A DNA stretch of 64,000 nt, taken from positions 1 to 64,000 of IMG/VR virus record IMGVR_UViG_3300011008_000010. One strand, written 5' to 3'. A program made the position numbers and the translations under genes. Positions 47,458-57,431 of this stretch are shown piece by piece. Source of the DNA: a virus (taxonomy: Duplodnaviria; Caudoviricetes). A model generated the notes under the pieces. It saw nothing but the letters and a program-made list of their open reading frames with translations, was not told the DNA's origin and did no database searches. The number at the start of each line of letters is the position of its first letter. The stretch's first letter is position 1.

Positions 47458-49426
47458 AAACTATTACGTCTTCAACAAACCAACCGATCTTGAAATATCC
47501 CAAAAAAAATATGATTCGTACAAAAGGTTCTGTGAGATTATCCAGGCAGGCAGAAAAAATCCTGTTTGGTTTGCAGAAACTTTTTTAGGTGTAACGCTGT
47601 TAGATAATCAGAAATATGTCTTTATGCGTTCGTGGAATACACAGTTTTGCATTTGGCTGGAATCAAGAGCAATTGGTAAAACAACTCTTGGTGCAATTTT
47701 TTTAATGTCCAAATGTTTGCTGTTTAATGACTATAAATCTGTTATCAGTTCCGGTACGGCGGCACAGTCTATTGAAACCTACAAGAAGATTGAGGATATT
47801 GCAAAGAACAATATTACGTCTTTTACGGGCGTGACAGATATTTTTGCAGGCGAAGTAATTAGACATGCCGCGAACTCGGATGGTTTCATTCACAATCCTG
47901 CTTCATTTACGTTTCAATTGTATAACGGTTCAAACGTAAGAACAATCAACAGTTCTGTTGATACGCAACGTGGTAAGAGAGCCAATCTTGTATTTTTTGA
48001 TGAAGCAGGTTGGTTATCAGAAGAAGTGCTAACTGTTATTGGCGCTTATACGACAAACAGCTCAGATTTTAAACTTGGTGGCGCTCTGGATGTTAGAACG
48101 CTTCCAAAGGAAATACCGAATCAGATTATTATCGCTTCTTCTGCGTCCTCTGTTGATACCGAGTTATACATAAGGTATCGGGATTATTCAAAAAAGATGC
48201 TTTTGGGCGACAGCAGATATTTCGTTGCTGATTTAAACTGTGATGTTGCAATTAATGCGACTTATATGGGGAAAAAGTATCCCGTATCTCTTTTGACCCA
48301 AGAAACGGTTGATTCTGAATTAAGAGCAAATCCATATAAGGCAAATCGGGAGTATTATAACCGGTTTACACAGGATGGTGGCGAGAACCAAATCATTAGA
48401 CGTGAATGGGTAACAAGAAATTGTGTTACTGCTCCTCCGATTTTAGAAAGCGATGGAGAAGATAGTGAATTTGTGTTTACTTACGATAGCGCAAGAATGG
48501 TGGACAATTCGTTCATTCTGATCGGAAAGTTTGTTTATGATAAAGCAAAAGGATGGACGATGTTCTTATGCAACGGAATTAACTTTGCTGATGTCGGGTT
48601 AAGAAATAAGTCTCCTATGCGCATGCCTGAGCAGATGGATTTTATCAGAGAATTGCTTTTGGCATATAATGGGAAATCTTTAGACTATGAAAAAATCACA
48701 ATGTATTCTGATGCGGGAGCCGGTGGTGGAGGCACAATTATTCCGGATTATCTGATTGAGCCTTGGAAAGACAAGGTTGGGATCGAACATCCTGGCATCG
48801 TCGATGATGAATATAGCAAAGAACAGTTAGATAAATTCCCAAGTGCAAAGAGAGTTTTGCATGTAATGCCTCCGAGTGCATATAAATCAGAGTTTTATGA
48901 AGCCTTGATTCAATGTGTACAGAATGACTGGTTTGTGTTTACGGAAGAATATAATCAGCATGGGTTTTTAAACATTGTTGATGTTAATCAGGCACATATA
49001 GACAAAGTAAGAACCAAGTTAAAAAAGCAAGGAAAGTCTGACGAATTTATTTCCAAGTATCTTAAGAAATTAAACACCGCAAGTACAAGCATAAGAAAGT
49101 TGACGCCGGAAGAAGAGATTTCTCTTAATCAATTAGATATGTTAAAAGAAGAAATTGTAAATATCTGCCGGTACAAAACAGAAAGTGCAAAAGACAGATT
49201 TGCATTACCTGCGCATAAGAATGCTGATTCTGGAATTAACCACAGCAACAATACTTTGCATGATGACAGAGCTTATTGTGCTGCTATGATGGCATATGCT
49301 CTTTTGCAAAAAAGAAACAGAGATCGTCTAAGCAAGTATGACAAAGAAAAAGATATGACGCCCGTACAACTTCTTAGTTCAACGCTTAAGAAGAAAACGT
49401 TGGCGTCGTTTAAAAGCATTGGCTGA
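47405..49426 (+). CDS. terL: terminase large subunit
   Basis: SRAIGKT Walker A, RGKRANLVFFDEA Walker B, YDSAR..DNS, HDDR nuclease motifs. Confidence 0.92.
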   Translation: MPDPKKISEQKSPVLIPKNYYVFNKPTDLEISQKKYDSYKRFCEIIQAGRKNPVWFAETFLGVTLLDNQKYVFMRSWNTQFCIWLESRAIGKTTLGAIFLMSKCLLFNDYKSVISSGTAAQSIETYKKIEDIAKNNITSFTGVTDIFAGEVIRHAANSDGFIHNPASFTFQLYNGSNVRTINSSVDTQRGKRANLVFFDEAGWLSEEVLTVIGAYTTNSSDFKLGGALDVRTLPKEIPNQIIIASSASSVDTELYIRYRDYSKKMLLGDSRYFVADLNCDVAINATYMGKKYPVSLLTQETVDSELRANPYKANREYYNRFTQDGGENQIIRREWVTRNCVTAPPILESDGEDSEFVFTYDSARMVDNSFILIGKFVYDKAKGWTMFLCNGINFADVGLRNKSPMRMPEQMDFIRELLLAYNGKSLDYEKITMYSDAGAGGGGTIIPDYLIEPWKDKVGIEHPGIVDDEYSKEQLDKFPSAKRVLHVMPPSAYKSEFYEALIQCVQNDWFVFTEEYNQHGFLNIVDVNQAHIDKVRTKLKKQGKSDEFISKYLKKLNTASTSIRKLTPEEEISLNQLDMLKEEIVNICRYKTESAKDRFALPAHKNADSGINHSNNTLHDDRAYCAAMMAYALLQKRNRDRLSKYDKEKDMTPVQLLSSTLKKKTLASFKSIG

Positions 49427-49438
49427 TGGAGGAGCGAC

Positions 49439-51055
49439 ATGCCGAAAAAAGTGAATACGGAAGCGTCTGCTCCGGAAAAGAGAAAAAGAAAATATAACAG
49501 AAAGAAAAAGGAACAACTTGATGTCGAGGCAATTGCCGCTGAATTTGCAAAAAGAGAAGTAGAAAGAGAAAGAGAATTTTTTAAAAAAAACAAACCTCTC
49601 GATCAATTGCAGTTTAGAGACTTTACAAAAACACCATCAAGAACATTTCAGATTTTTTCGAAAGAAAGATTGCGCACTTATATGCGCAACCCTGTTTCGC
49701 AGGAAGCGAATATCAGAAATCTTTCAAGGTTTTTGTATCGGGTGTCTTATCCTTACAGAAGAATTGTTCATTATTTTGCAGAGATGTTTGATTCAACTGC
49801 TTACACCGCTGTTCCAAAGGGCGTAAGCATGTTAAAGAAGCCTTCTGATAAAAAGGTTATTAAAGATTATGAGCAGGTGATTGCGGAATTAGAAAAAATG
49901 AATATGCCAATGCAGATATTTAAGATGCTTGTTATAGCATGGAGAGAAGATATTGTATATGGCTATACATATGAAAATGATTCTGCGTTCTTTTTAATGC
50001 CGCTCGATCCGGACTATTGCAGAATATCATCTTACAACTATGATGGTACGATTAATTTTGCATACGATTTTGCTTATTTTGACGCTTATCCGGATGATCT
50101 TGAATGGTGGGATTCCGAGTTTAAAGAGAAATATAATAAGTGGAAAAATGGTACGGAAGAGCAATGGCAACAGTTGGATGCAAATAAAACGTTTTGCTTA
50201 AAGATCAATATGGACGATCTTGGGTTGATTCTGCCCCCATTCGTTGCGTTGTTTGAACCAATTATTGATTTAATTGATTTACAGAGCATTGAGGCTGTTA
50301 AAGAAGCGCTGAGTGCGTACAAGCTTGTTTATATGACGGCAGAAACATTGGAACGCGCAGAAAGACCGAATCAGTTTAAAGTTGATCTGGATATGGCGGT
50401 TGCATATTATAAAAAGTTTAAAGACAGCCTTCCCGATGAGGTTGCTTCCGGCATTTCATTATTGCCAATTGATACAGTTGACTTTAAGGGGACAACGCCA
50501 GAAGACACAAATATGATCTCCAATTCAATGGCAAATCTTTTCCAGAATGGCGGCGTGTCTCAAATTCTTGATCGTAAAAATATGTCCGGTGCAGTTCCGT
50601 TTACTGCCGCAATGATTAGTGACACGATGTATGCTCTTCGCCCGCTTCTTCCTCAGATTGAAGCCTGGGTGAACAGATACATTAACTATTCGTTGAATGG
50701 TGCGAGTACGCGTATTAAGTATTTGATGGTAAGTCCGTATACTAAGCAGACATACAAAGAAAGCGTTGTTAATGCTGCACAGTATGGCGTTCCGGTCAAG
50801 TTACAGATTGCTGCAATGCACAGCACAGATCCATTAGAGTCATATCAAACGCAATATCTTGAGAATGGAATTCTTAAGTGCCACAGCGAATGGATTCCTC
50901 TTCTGTCTTCGTTTACGCAATCTTCTACCGCAAGGACAGACGAGCAGATCAAAAATATTACAGGAGAAGGATCCGAAGAAAAGACTGACGAAAATATTTC
51001 TGAAGAAGACAAATCTGATGACAAGGACGAAGAAGGAGATAATGTTGCTGAATGA
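49439..51055 (+). CDS. portal protein
   Basis: 538 aa directly after TerL; LSRFLY..S..YRR, PLDPDYCRI, IPL.SS.TQS. Confidence 0.85.
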   Translation: MPKKVNTEASAPEKRKRKYNRKKKEQLDVEAIAAEFAKREVEREREFFKKNKPLDQLQFRDFTKTPSRTFQIFSKERLRTYMRNPVSQEANIRNLSRFLYRVSYPYRRIVHYFAEMFDSTAYTAVPKGVSMLKKPSDKKVIKDYEQVIAELEKMNMPMQIFKMLVIAWREDIVYGYTYENDSAFFLMPLDPDYCRISSYNYDGTINFAYDFAYFDAYPDDLEWWDSEFKEKYNKWKNGTEEQWQQLDANKTFCLKINMDDLGLILPPFVALFEPIIDLIDLQSIEAVKEALSAYKLVYMTAETLERAERPNQFKVDLDMAVAYYKKFKDSLPDEVASGISLLPIDTVDFKGTTPEDTNMISNSMANLFQNGGVSQILDRKNMSGAVPFTAAMISDTMYALRPLLPQIEAWVNRYINYSLNGASTRIKYLMVSPYTKQTYKESVVNAAQYGVPVKLQIAAMHSTDPLESYQTQYLENGILKCHSEWIPLLSSFTQSSTARTDEQIKNITGEGSEEKTDENISEEDKSDDKDEEGDNVAE

Positions 51056-51291
51056 AACAATTAATGCTGTTCACAAAAAATGAAACGACTGCAAATCATT
51101 TAATCGAACAAGGCTTTCCTCTTGTAAACAAGACCATTGATGGTTGGACGTTTATGAATTTTACAGACAAAAATGCTTCTATGTCTGAAGAAGATAAAGC
51201 CAATGTTGTTGTTACGGATCGGTTATGCATGTCAGCAACCTCACGCCTAAAGGCAGAGGTTTCCAGAAATGCTAAATCTGATGAGGTCTAG
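51052..51291 (+). CDS. small head-region protein, C-terminus extended by an inserted scar
   Basis: LFT....TA..L...GF.L......TF.N pattern. Confidence 0.7.
   Translation: MKQLMLFTKNETTANHLIEQGFPLVNKTIDGWTFMNFTDKNASMSEEDKANVVVTDRLCMSATSRLKAEVSRNAKSDEV
51231..51280 (+). mobile_element. IS200/IS605 (IscB-type) end-hairpin scar
   Basis: GTCAGCAACCTCACGCCTAAAGGCAGAGGTTTCC...followed by ATGA; removal restores ATA TGA stop. Confidence 0.6.
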
Positions 51292-51296
51292 GAATT

Positions 51297-53024
51297 ATGA
51301 CTAAGATTTTAACAATGGATGCGCTGTGTGAATACTTCGAAAAAAAAGGTAAAGATATTCACTTTAATGCAGAAAGCGCACAAAAAGAGCTTGTTGTTCG
51401 AACAGACGGAAGAATGAAGTTCGAAGAATTAAACGACGAAGAGTTGTTAAAAGTTGTTTTACAATCGTGTCATGTTGGAAAAAATTTGAACGGTTCGTCT
51501 ATCACTTACGAGGCAATGCAAGACGCATTGCCTTCGTTTTATTCAAGACCGATTCTTGGGTATATACATGAAGTTGACGGACAGTACGAATTCAAGAGTC
51601 ATGAAATGTACCAGGACAAAAACGGAGAGATCGTTTATGAAGAAATCCCGGTTGGTGTAATTACTTCGAAAGAAGGCATGATTGAACACGATTACGAAAA
51701 GAATAAAGATTATGCTGTTGTCTCTGGTGTTATTTGGGAGAAATATACAAAAGCGGCAGAAATATTAAAGAGAGATAAGAAGGCGGCTTGTTCTGTAGAA
51801 CTAAAGCTGAACGATCTTTCTTATGATGCGAACGAAAAAACTCTTATTATTAACTCGTTCATTTTTACCGGGGTTACAATTCTTGGTAAAGATGAGTATG
51901 GTAAAGATGTCGAGCCTGGAATGGATGGTGCAAACATTTTTATTGAAGAACAGTTTGCTGTCTCTGATGGTGAGAGCGTACCCACAGAGTTAAGCGATAA
52001 TAAAAATCCGGAAGAAAGGAGGATAACCGAAATGGCGAAGGATTTACCGAAAGGCGCTGAAGAGGCTATGCCGGAGGAAATTGACCAGATGACCAAGTTT
52101 GATGGTGAAGATGGTGCCTCTGATGCTTCCGGCGATGGAGCAGATAGTGGTGCTTCTGATGGGAATAATAACGGCAATGAAGGCGCAGGAGAAGATCAGC
52201 CTGATATGAGCAATCAGGACGATCAAGATGGTGACGGCACTGGAGAGTCTAACGTGTCTGGAGCTGACAGTGAACCTGTCGCAGAAGAACCAGAAGAACC
52301 AGTTGTTGACAATGCCAATGGTGAAGATGGTACTGGCGATGCGTCTGAACCTGTAGCAGAAACATCTGCTGAAGAGTCTCCTTCTGATGGAGCGGACTCT
52401 GGCGATGATGGAGAAAAGAAAAGAAAAATCTTTTCTGTCCAGATTGAAGACAGAACATTTGAACTGTCTTTAACGCAAAAGGCTTGGGCTATTGAAGACC
52501 TTGTGAATGCGACTTATGGCTACGAAGATAACGATTATTATATGTGTGAAGTGTATGAAAGCCATGTTATTATGAAGCCTTGGTGCGGTTCTCAATGTTA
52601 TAAACAGGGTTATGCCGAAACTGAAGAAGGCGTGTTCTCGCTGACAGGCGAACGCGAAAAGGTGTTCGCGGAATATTTAACCGAGGCAGAACGTGATGCG
52701 CTTAATATGATGCGCTCTACATATGCCGAATTGAAACAGTACAAAGAACAGGCCGAGATTCAGAAAATCGAATCTGAAAAAGATGCAGTATTTGCGTCGT
52801 TCGATGAACAACTGAAGGACAATCTGGAGTATGTTGCTCTTAAAGGAGACAGAAATAAATACTCTGCTTCTGAATTAGAGCTTCAGTGTAATGCAATTGT
52901 CGGAAAAGAGACAATGCAATATGCCGTTAAGAAAGAAGAATCTCAGAAAGATATGATTAGAGTGAGTTTTGCTTCTGATAAAGCAAAAGAGAAAGCGAAA
53001 CCTTACGGTTCCTTGTTTGACTAA
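51297..53024 (+). CDS. prohead protease / scaffold protein
   Basis: CHVGKNLNGS, PILG, CSVE, FTGVTILG..VEPGM; acidic linker and coiled-coil C-terminus. Confidence 0.85.
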   Translation: MTKILTMDALCEYFEKKGKDIHFNAESAQKELVVRTDGRMKFEELNDEELLKVVLQSCHVGKNLNGSSITYEAMQDALPSFYSRPILGYIHEVDGQYEFKSHEMYQDKNGEIVYEEIPVGVITSKEGMIEHDYEKNKDYAVVSGVIWEKYTKAAEILKRDKKAACSVELKLNDLSYDANEKTLIINSFIFTGVTILGKDEYGKDVEPGMDGANIFIEEQFAVSDGESVPTELSDNKNPEERRITEMAKDLPKGAEEAMPEEIDQMTKFDGEDGASDASGDGADSGASDGNNNGNEGAGEDQPDMSNQDDQDGDGTGESNVSGADSEPVAEEPEEPVVDNANGEDGTGDASEPVAETSAEESPSDGADSGDDGEKKRKIFSVQIEDRTFELSLTQKAWAIEDLVNATYGYEDNDYYMCEVYESHVIMKPWCGSQCYKQGYAETEEGVFSLTGEREKVFAEYLTEAERDALNMMRSTYAELKQYKEQAEIQKIESEKDAVFASFDEQLKDNLEYVALKGDRNKYSASELELQCNAIVGKETMQYAVKKEESQKDMIRVSFASDKAKEKAKPYGSLFD

Positions 53025-53130
53025 TGCGGGTTGGTCAACAAGAAATCTTTATGCATGCAATCAAAATCGATATTCATAAACAAAACAAAGCTGCTTCATG
53101 GCAGCATTATTTATTTAAAGGAGAAAAGAG

Positions 53131-53619
53131 ATGGCAGTAGGATATCTTGATTTCTCTAAACACCATACTGTGGCATGGTCTAGTGATCTGCTTGGTACGG
53201 AGTACGGAGAACACATTTTTAATGTACAGATGGCCGAAGACCATGACAACGGCGTTGTTTTGGGTCTTGGTGATTTTGTCGAATATAACTATTTTGCGGA
53301 ATCAAAGGCCACTGGATTTGAAGGCGTTATTTTAATGCAGGAAGCTGCCCCGGATATGTGGCAGGTTTTTGTGAAGAAAGCCGCTGATGGCGACGTTCTG
53401 ATTTTAAGTGCGCCGGAAACGAAATATGAGTTCGAGTCTGAGGCTATGGCGGAACGTCAGTTCTATAACGAAGAAGGCTATATTGCAAGAGCATATCAGC
53501 TTCGTTATGGTGACAGATTCTCTCTGTCCAAAGAAGGTTTTACAACCGAGCCTGACGAGAATTCCATTGGCAAAACTGTAACTGTTGACCCGGCCACTGG
53601 CAAGCTGGTCATTGCTTAA
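53131..53619 (+). CDS. capsid decoration/cement-like protein
   Basis: DNG...G, F.NE.G..ARAY.L..GD.FSLS; between scaffold and capsid. Confidence 0.65.
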   Translation: MAVGYLDFSKHHTVAWSSDLLGTEYGEHIFNVQMAEDHDNGVVLGLGDFVEYNYFAESKATGFEGVILMQEAAPDMWQVFVKKAADGDVLILSAPETKYEFESEAMAERQFYNEEGYIARAYQLRYGDRFSLSKEGFTTEPDENSIGKTVTVDPATGKLVIA

Positions 53620-53638
53620 TCGGAAAGGAGGATAAGTC

Positions 53639-54730
53639 ATGTTTTTAACGGATAATAAATCTCATATCAATGCCGTATTTGCAGAAAGCAAGACGACTAT
53701 TGAAGAATTTCAGACGCTCCTTACCGATGTTGCGAAAGGTGATTTGCAGGCGGGCGTTACGAAAAAAGAAGCAGATGATAAGATCTGCATGATGTTTAAC
53801 AAACTGTATGGCTTTGATAAAAAGCCTACTATTTTAGAGGCTGAGAAGGCTTTGCGTATTAATCCGTATATTGCCTTTGAAGTTATCGAAGATGTTGTTC
53901 CGAATCTGATTCAGTCTGGTTGGGATGCAAACCCGTTCTTCCGCGAATATGTCGATGTTCGTAATCTTGCTCGCGGGGACGAGAATGTTTTTTATACGGA
54001 GCAGAACGTCATTTTGAATGTTGCCAGATTAAATGGCGATCATTGGGATATGCCGAGACAGCGCCTTGGGGCCAAAGAGCGTTATCAGGTTAAGACACAG
54101 GAATATGGAGCGGCGGTCTATGCGGAATTTGCACGTCTGATGGCTGGTTATGAAAACTGGTCTGATTTGGTTGGTACTATTGCGAAGGCTTTTACCGAGA
54201 AGATTAATAATGAGTTGTATGCTGCGTTTACCGCTGCCGCTTCTCAGCTTCCGACGCAGTTCCAGGCCACTATTGACACGAGCACTGCCGAGGCAGGTCG
54301 CGAAGCCTTAATGGATCTGATTGCTGATGTTGAACGTTCAACGGGATACGAGCCCATGATTGTTGGTACTCGTTCTGGCCTTGCAAAGCTTCGTAAGTTG
54401 GATGAGATTAACTGGATTTCCAACGGTATGAAAGAAGAGTTGTATCAGACTGGCCGCCTTGGAAACTGGTACGGCGTCGATCTTATTGAACTGAAACAGG
54501 TCAATAAAATCAATACGACAACGAAGATGCTTGATGATACCAAGCTGCTTGTCCTTCCTCGTTCTTCTGAGAACAAGTTCATCAAATTGGTGAACGAAGG
54601 CACTGCTTTGGTTCGTCAGATTGCGGATAATACATCTAATCAGGATATGACGTATGATTATCGCTACATTCAGAGATTTGGTATTATGGTTGTTATCGGT
54701 CTTCTGTTTGGCGCTGTTACACTGGAGTAA
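53639..54730 (+). CDS. major capsid protein
   Basis: 363 aa, FEVIE, DVRNLARGDENVF, RQRL; followed by a terminator. Confidence 0.85.
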   Translation: MFLTDNKSHINAVFAESKTTIEEFQTLLTDVAKGDLQAGVTKKEADDKICMMFNKLYGFDKKPTILEAEKALRINPYIAFEVIEDVVPNLIQSGWDANPFFREYVDVRNLARGDENVFYTEQNVILNVARLNGDHWDMPRQRLGAKERYQVKTQEYGAAVYAEFARLMAGYENWSDLVGTIAKAFTEKINNELYAAFTAAASQLPTQFQATIDTSTAEAGREALMDLIADVERSTGYEPMIVGTRSGLAKLRKLDEINWISNGMKEELYQTGRLGNWYGVDLIELKQVNKINTTTKMLDDTKLLVLPRSSENKFIKLVNEGTALVRQIADNTSNQDMTYDYRYIQRFGIMVVIGLLFGAVTLE

Positions 54731-54765
54731 TGTGTTTTTTTCATAATGCTACCTCCTTTGTATTA

Positions 54766-54801
54766 CCTCGTACTCTTTCATCGGAGTGCGAGGCTTTCTT
54801 T
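54766..54801 (+). terminator. intrinsic terminator after capsid gene
   Basis: CCTCGTACTC/GAGTGCGAGG stem then CTTTCTTT. Confidence 0.7.
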
Positions 54802-54831
54802 GTACAGAAGTGCAAAACTTAAAATTACCAA

Positions 54832-56429
54832 CTGAAACTTCCCACACCAAAAGGTGTGTTGCACATTGAAAATTCAATATTTTAGCCGAAAAAGAAAGGC
54901 ATAAACCCGTTTCTTTTGGTATGATTGAATTAGCGAAAAACAAAAATTCCAAAAGGAGGCTTATGCCATGTCAATCATACCACAGAATCAAGACGATTTG
55001 AACCTTGTCAATGCAATTGAATCGTTCATCTCCGAGTTCAGAATCGGCAGGTTGCTCGACCGTTGCAATGCCCGCAAAGAGAAGGGCATACCGGTCATGC
55101 AGGTGTTTCGATACAAGCTCTGCAATGTTTTCAACGGCATGAGCATGTATATGCAGCAACGCACAAATTCGTTCCGCGAGAGTTTTTCAAAAAACACGTA
55201 CTACCGATTCCTAAACGGAACGAAAACAAACTGGCAACGGTTTACAACTTTGCTCTCTGCGGATATCATAAACAAAAAGCTTCGAGACCTCACCGCAGAG
55301 GACAGGGTAAACGCTTTCGTCATTGATGACAGTCTCCATGAGCGTCAGGGCTACAAAAGGACGGAGCTGGCATCATCGGTTTTTGATCACAGCGACATGA
55401 AATACAAAAAAGGCTATCGGCTGATGACGCTTGGGTGGACGGATGGCAACACATTTATGCCAATCAACAGTTGTTTGCTCGCTTCGTCAAAAGACGAAAA
55501 CATTAAGGGCACCACCAAAGTGTTTGATAAGCGTTCCGTTGCCGGTAGGCGCAGGGCACAGGCCAGACGCAAGGGAACGGATGTCATGCTGGAACTTCTC
55601 CGGACAGCGTGTTCTGCCGGACATTCCGCAGAATATGTGCTGTTTGACAGCTGGTTCGCGAATCCACATCAGATTGTCAGCATCAAGGATATGGATCTTG
55701 ATGTTATCGCCATGGTAAAAAAGAGCTCACGAATTCACTATCAGTTTGAAGGAGAGTCTCTCTCCATTAAGCAGATATTCTCTCGCTGTAAGAAGAGACG
55801 CGGTCGTTCCAGATATCTGCTGTCAGTCGATGTTATGGTCGGCAAAAATGACGGTGAAAGCGAGCATCCAATTCCGGCAAAGATTGTATGCGTCCGAAAC
55901 AAGAAGAACCGCAATGACTGGATCGCGTTGATCTGCACGAACACAGATCTTTCCGAAGAGGAGATCATCCGCGTTTATGGAAAGCGCTGGTCGATCGAAG
56001 TGTTCTTCAAAACGTGCAAGTCGCGGTTGAACCTCGTAAAGGAATGTCACTCTTTATCCTATGATGCACTCACGGCCCATGCTGCGATTGTCTTTACCCG
56101 CTACATGATGATTGCTCTTGAACAGCGAAGGAATGAGGATCAGCGGACACTTGGCGAATTGTTCTGTTACTTTGTCGCCGAGTTGTCGGATATTACATTC
56201 AGCAGGTCGCTACAGATCCTGTTTGACGCACTGATGGAAAGCCTTCTGTCAGTACTAAAGCTTACCGAAGAGCAAATATCCGCATTCATGAACGATTTCG
56301 TCGGACGGTTGCCGGATTACATGCAAAAAGCACTTTTACCTGAGCCCTCGGCCGCCTGAATGATAATTGGCACGGCTAAACTATTGATTTTTCAAGGTGC
56401 GTGTCCCATTTACGTATGGGAAGTTTCAG
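54832..56429 (+). mobile_element. insertion sequence (IS4-like DDE)
   Basis: Terminal IRs CTGAAACTTCCCA/TGGGAAGTTTCAG; flanking direct repeat TTACCAA (54825-31, 56430-36). Confidence 0.92.
54968..56359 (+). CDS. DDE transposase
   Basis: VIDDS, LFDSWF, YGKRWSIEVFFK (Y-2-R-3-E-6-K type signature). Confidence 0.95.
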   Translation: MSIIPQNQDDLNLVNAIESFISEFRIGRLLDRCNARKEKGIPVMQVFRYKLCNVFNGMSMYMQQRTNSFRESFSKNTYYRFLNGTKTNWQRFTTLLSADIINKKLRDLTAEDRVNAFVIDDSLHERQGYKRTELASSVFDHSDMKYKKGYRLMTLGWTDGNTFMPINSCLLASSKDENIKGTTKVFDKRSVAGRRRAQARRKGTDVMLELLRTACSAGHSAEYVLFDSWFANPHQIVSIKDMDLDVIAMVKKSSRIHYQFEGESLSIKQIFSRCKKRRGRSRYLLSVDVMVGKNDGESEHPIPAKIVCVRNKKNRNDWIALICTNTDLSEEEIIRVYGKRWSIEVFFKTCKSRLNLVKECHSLSYDALTAHAAIVFTRYMMIALEQRRNEDQRTLGELFCYFVAELSDITFSRSLQILFDALMESLLSVLKLTEEQISAFMNDFVGRLPDYMQKALLPEPSAA

Positions 56430-56463
56430 TTACCAAAAATATTACAGAAAGGAGTCCGAGACG

Positions 56464-56835
56464 GTGACACGCGGAGGAGATATTTTCTACACCCTTGTCT
56501 TAAAAAATATTGAACTTGATCAGATTGCAAAGGCAAGAGTTACGATTGAACAGAATCGTGGAAACAGAACTGGTGATGATATTGAAGTCACGAAAAACGG
56601 TGCTGTTACATATGACGAAGATGGTGTTGCCACAGAGGTTGAAGGAAGCGAAGTTCATTTTGATTATGAAAATAATGCTGTTACGTTTTCTTTGGAGCAG
56701 ATTGAAACGTACGCTTTTGATTCCGGAACCGCTGAAGTGCAGCTAAAGCTAACGACGATTTATGGAAACGTGATACCCACGCTGATCAATACAATACGCG
56801 TGAATCCTGTGCTGAATACGGAAGTTTTGAGGTGA
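56464..56835 (+). CDS. BppU-like virion accessory protein
   Basis: GTG start after GAAAGGAG; LEQIETYAF..G...VQL. Confidence 0.65.
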   Translation: MTRGGDIFYTLVLKNIELDQIAKARVTIEQNRGNRTGDDIEVTKNGAVTYDEDGVATEVEGSEVHFDYENNAVTFSLEQIETYAFDSGTAEVQLKLTTIYGNVIPTLINTIRVNPVLNTEVLR

Positions 56836-56841
56836 TGTGTT

Positions 56842-57429
56842 ATGCCTAAACAATCAGGAGCGGAAACGCTCGCAATGAAAAACAAAATATATATGACAGT
56901 GCAGGAATCTGTGATTGGCGCAGGCACGGGGAATTATAATAAATTGCAGAATATTCCTATCGTCAATCTTTTCGGAGAATCTCCATTAAATGCTGTTGAT
57001 CTCTCTGGGTTAAATCCTGGACATTTTATTTTAAACGGATACTACAAAACATCAAGTGTAGGGGAAGTAGAGCACAGAGAAGACCCCATTGATCTTTATT
57101 CTTTGCAAGAGGAATTGGGCGATGGCGGTCAGACCGTAACAAAAAAGGTTTTGTACTATATATATGCCAAGAATGGGCATCTTTACATCAGAATGATGGT
57201 TTATGTTGGTTCTGTATTGGAGACAGATATTGATGTTTGTCTTACAAAACCTTTGATTTATTGGGAAGAGGAAGAAGATGAAGACGAGAGTGTTGTAATT
57301 CCGACTCCCACTCCAGTGGATCCTGTCAATCCAAGCGATCCTTCTGACCCGAATGATCCAAATGATCCTGTTGATCCAAATAATACTGATCCAAATCAGG
57401 ATCCGAACCAGAATGGGGAAGGAGAATAA
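56842..57429 (+). CDS. virion accessory protein with Asp-Pro-Asn repeat tail
   Basis: NYNKLQNIP.VN; (DPx)n C-terminus. Confidence 0.7.
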   Translation: MPKQSGAETLAMKNKIYMTVQESVIGAGTGNYNKLQNIPIVNLFGESPLNAVDLSGLNPGHFILNGYYKTSSVGEVEHREDPIDLYSLQEELGDGGQTVTKKVLYYIYAKNGHLYIRMMVYVGSVLETDIDVCLTKPLIYWEEEEDEDESVVIPTPTPVDPVNPSDPSDPNDPNDPVDPNNTDPNQDPNQNGEGE

Positions 57430-57431
57430 TT

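Noticed and set aside
51277-51305. CTGATGAG hammerhead core
   Set aside because: No GAAA after the candidate stem II
56401-56463. ORF start inside the IS end, suggesting a disrupted gene
   Set aside because: The real start is GTG 56464 after GAAAGGAG; the IS is intergenic
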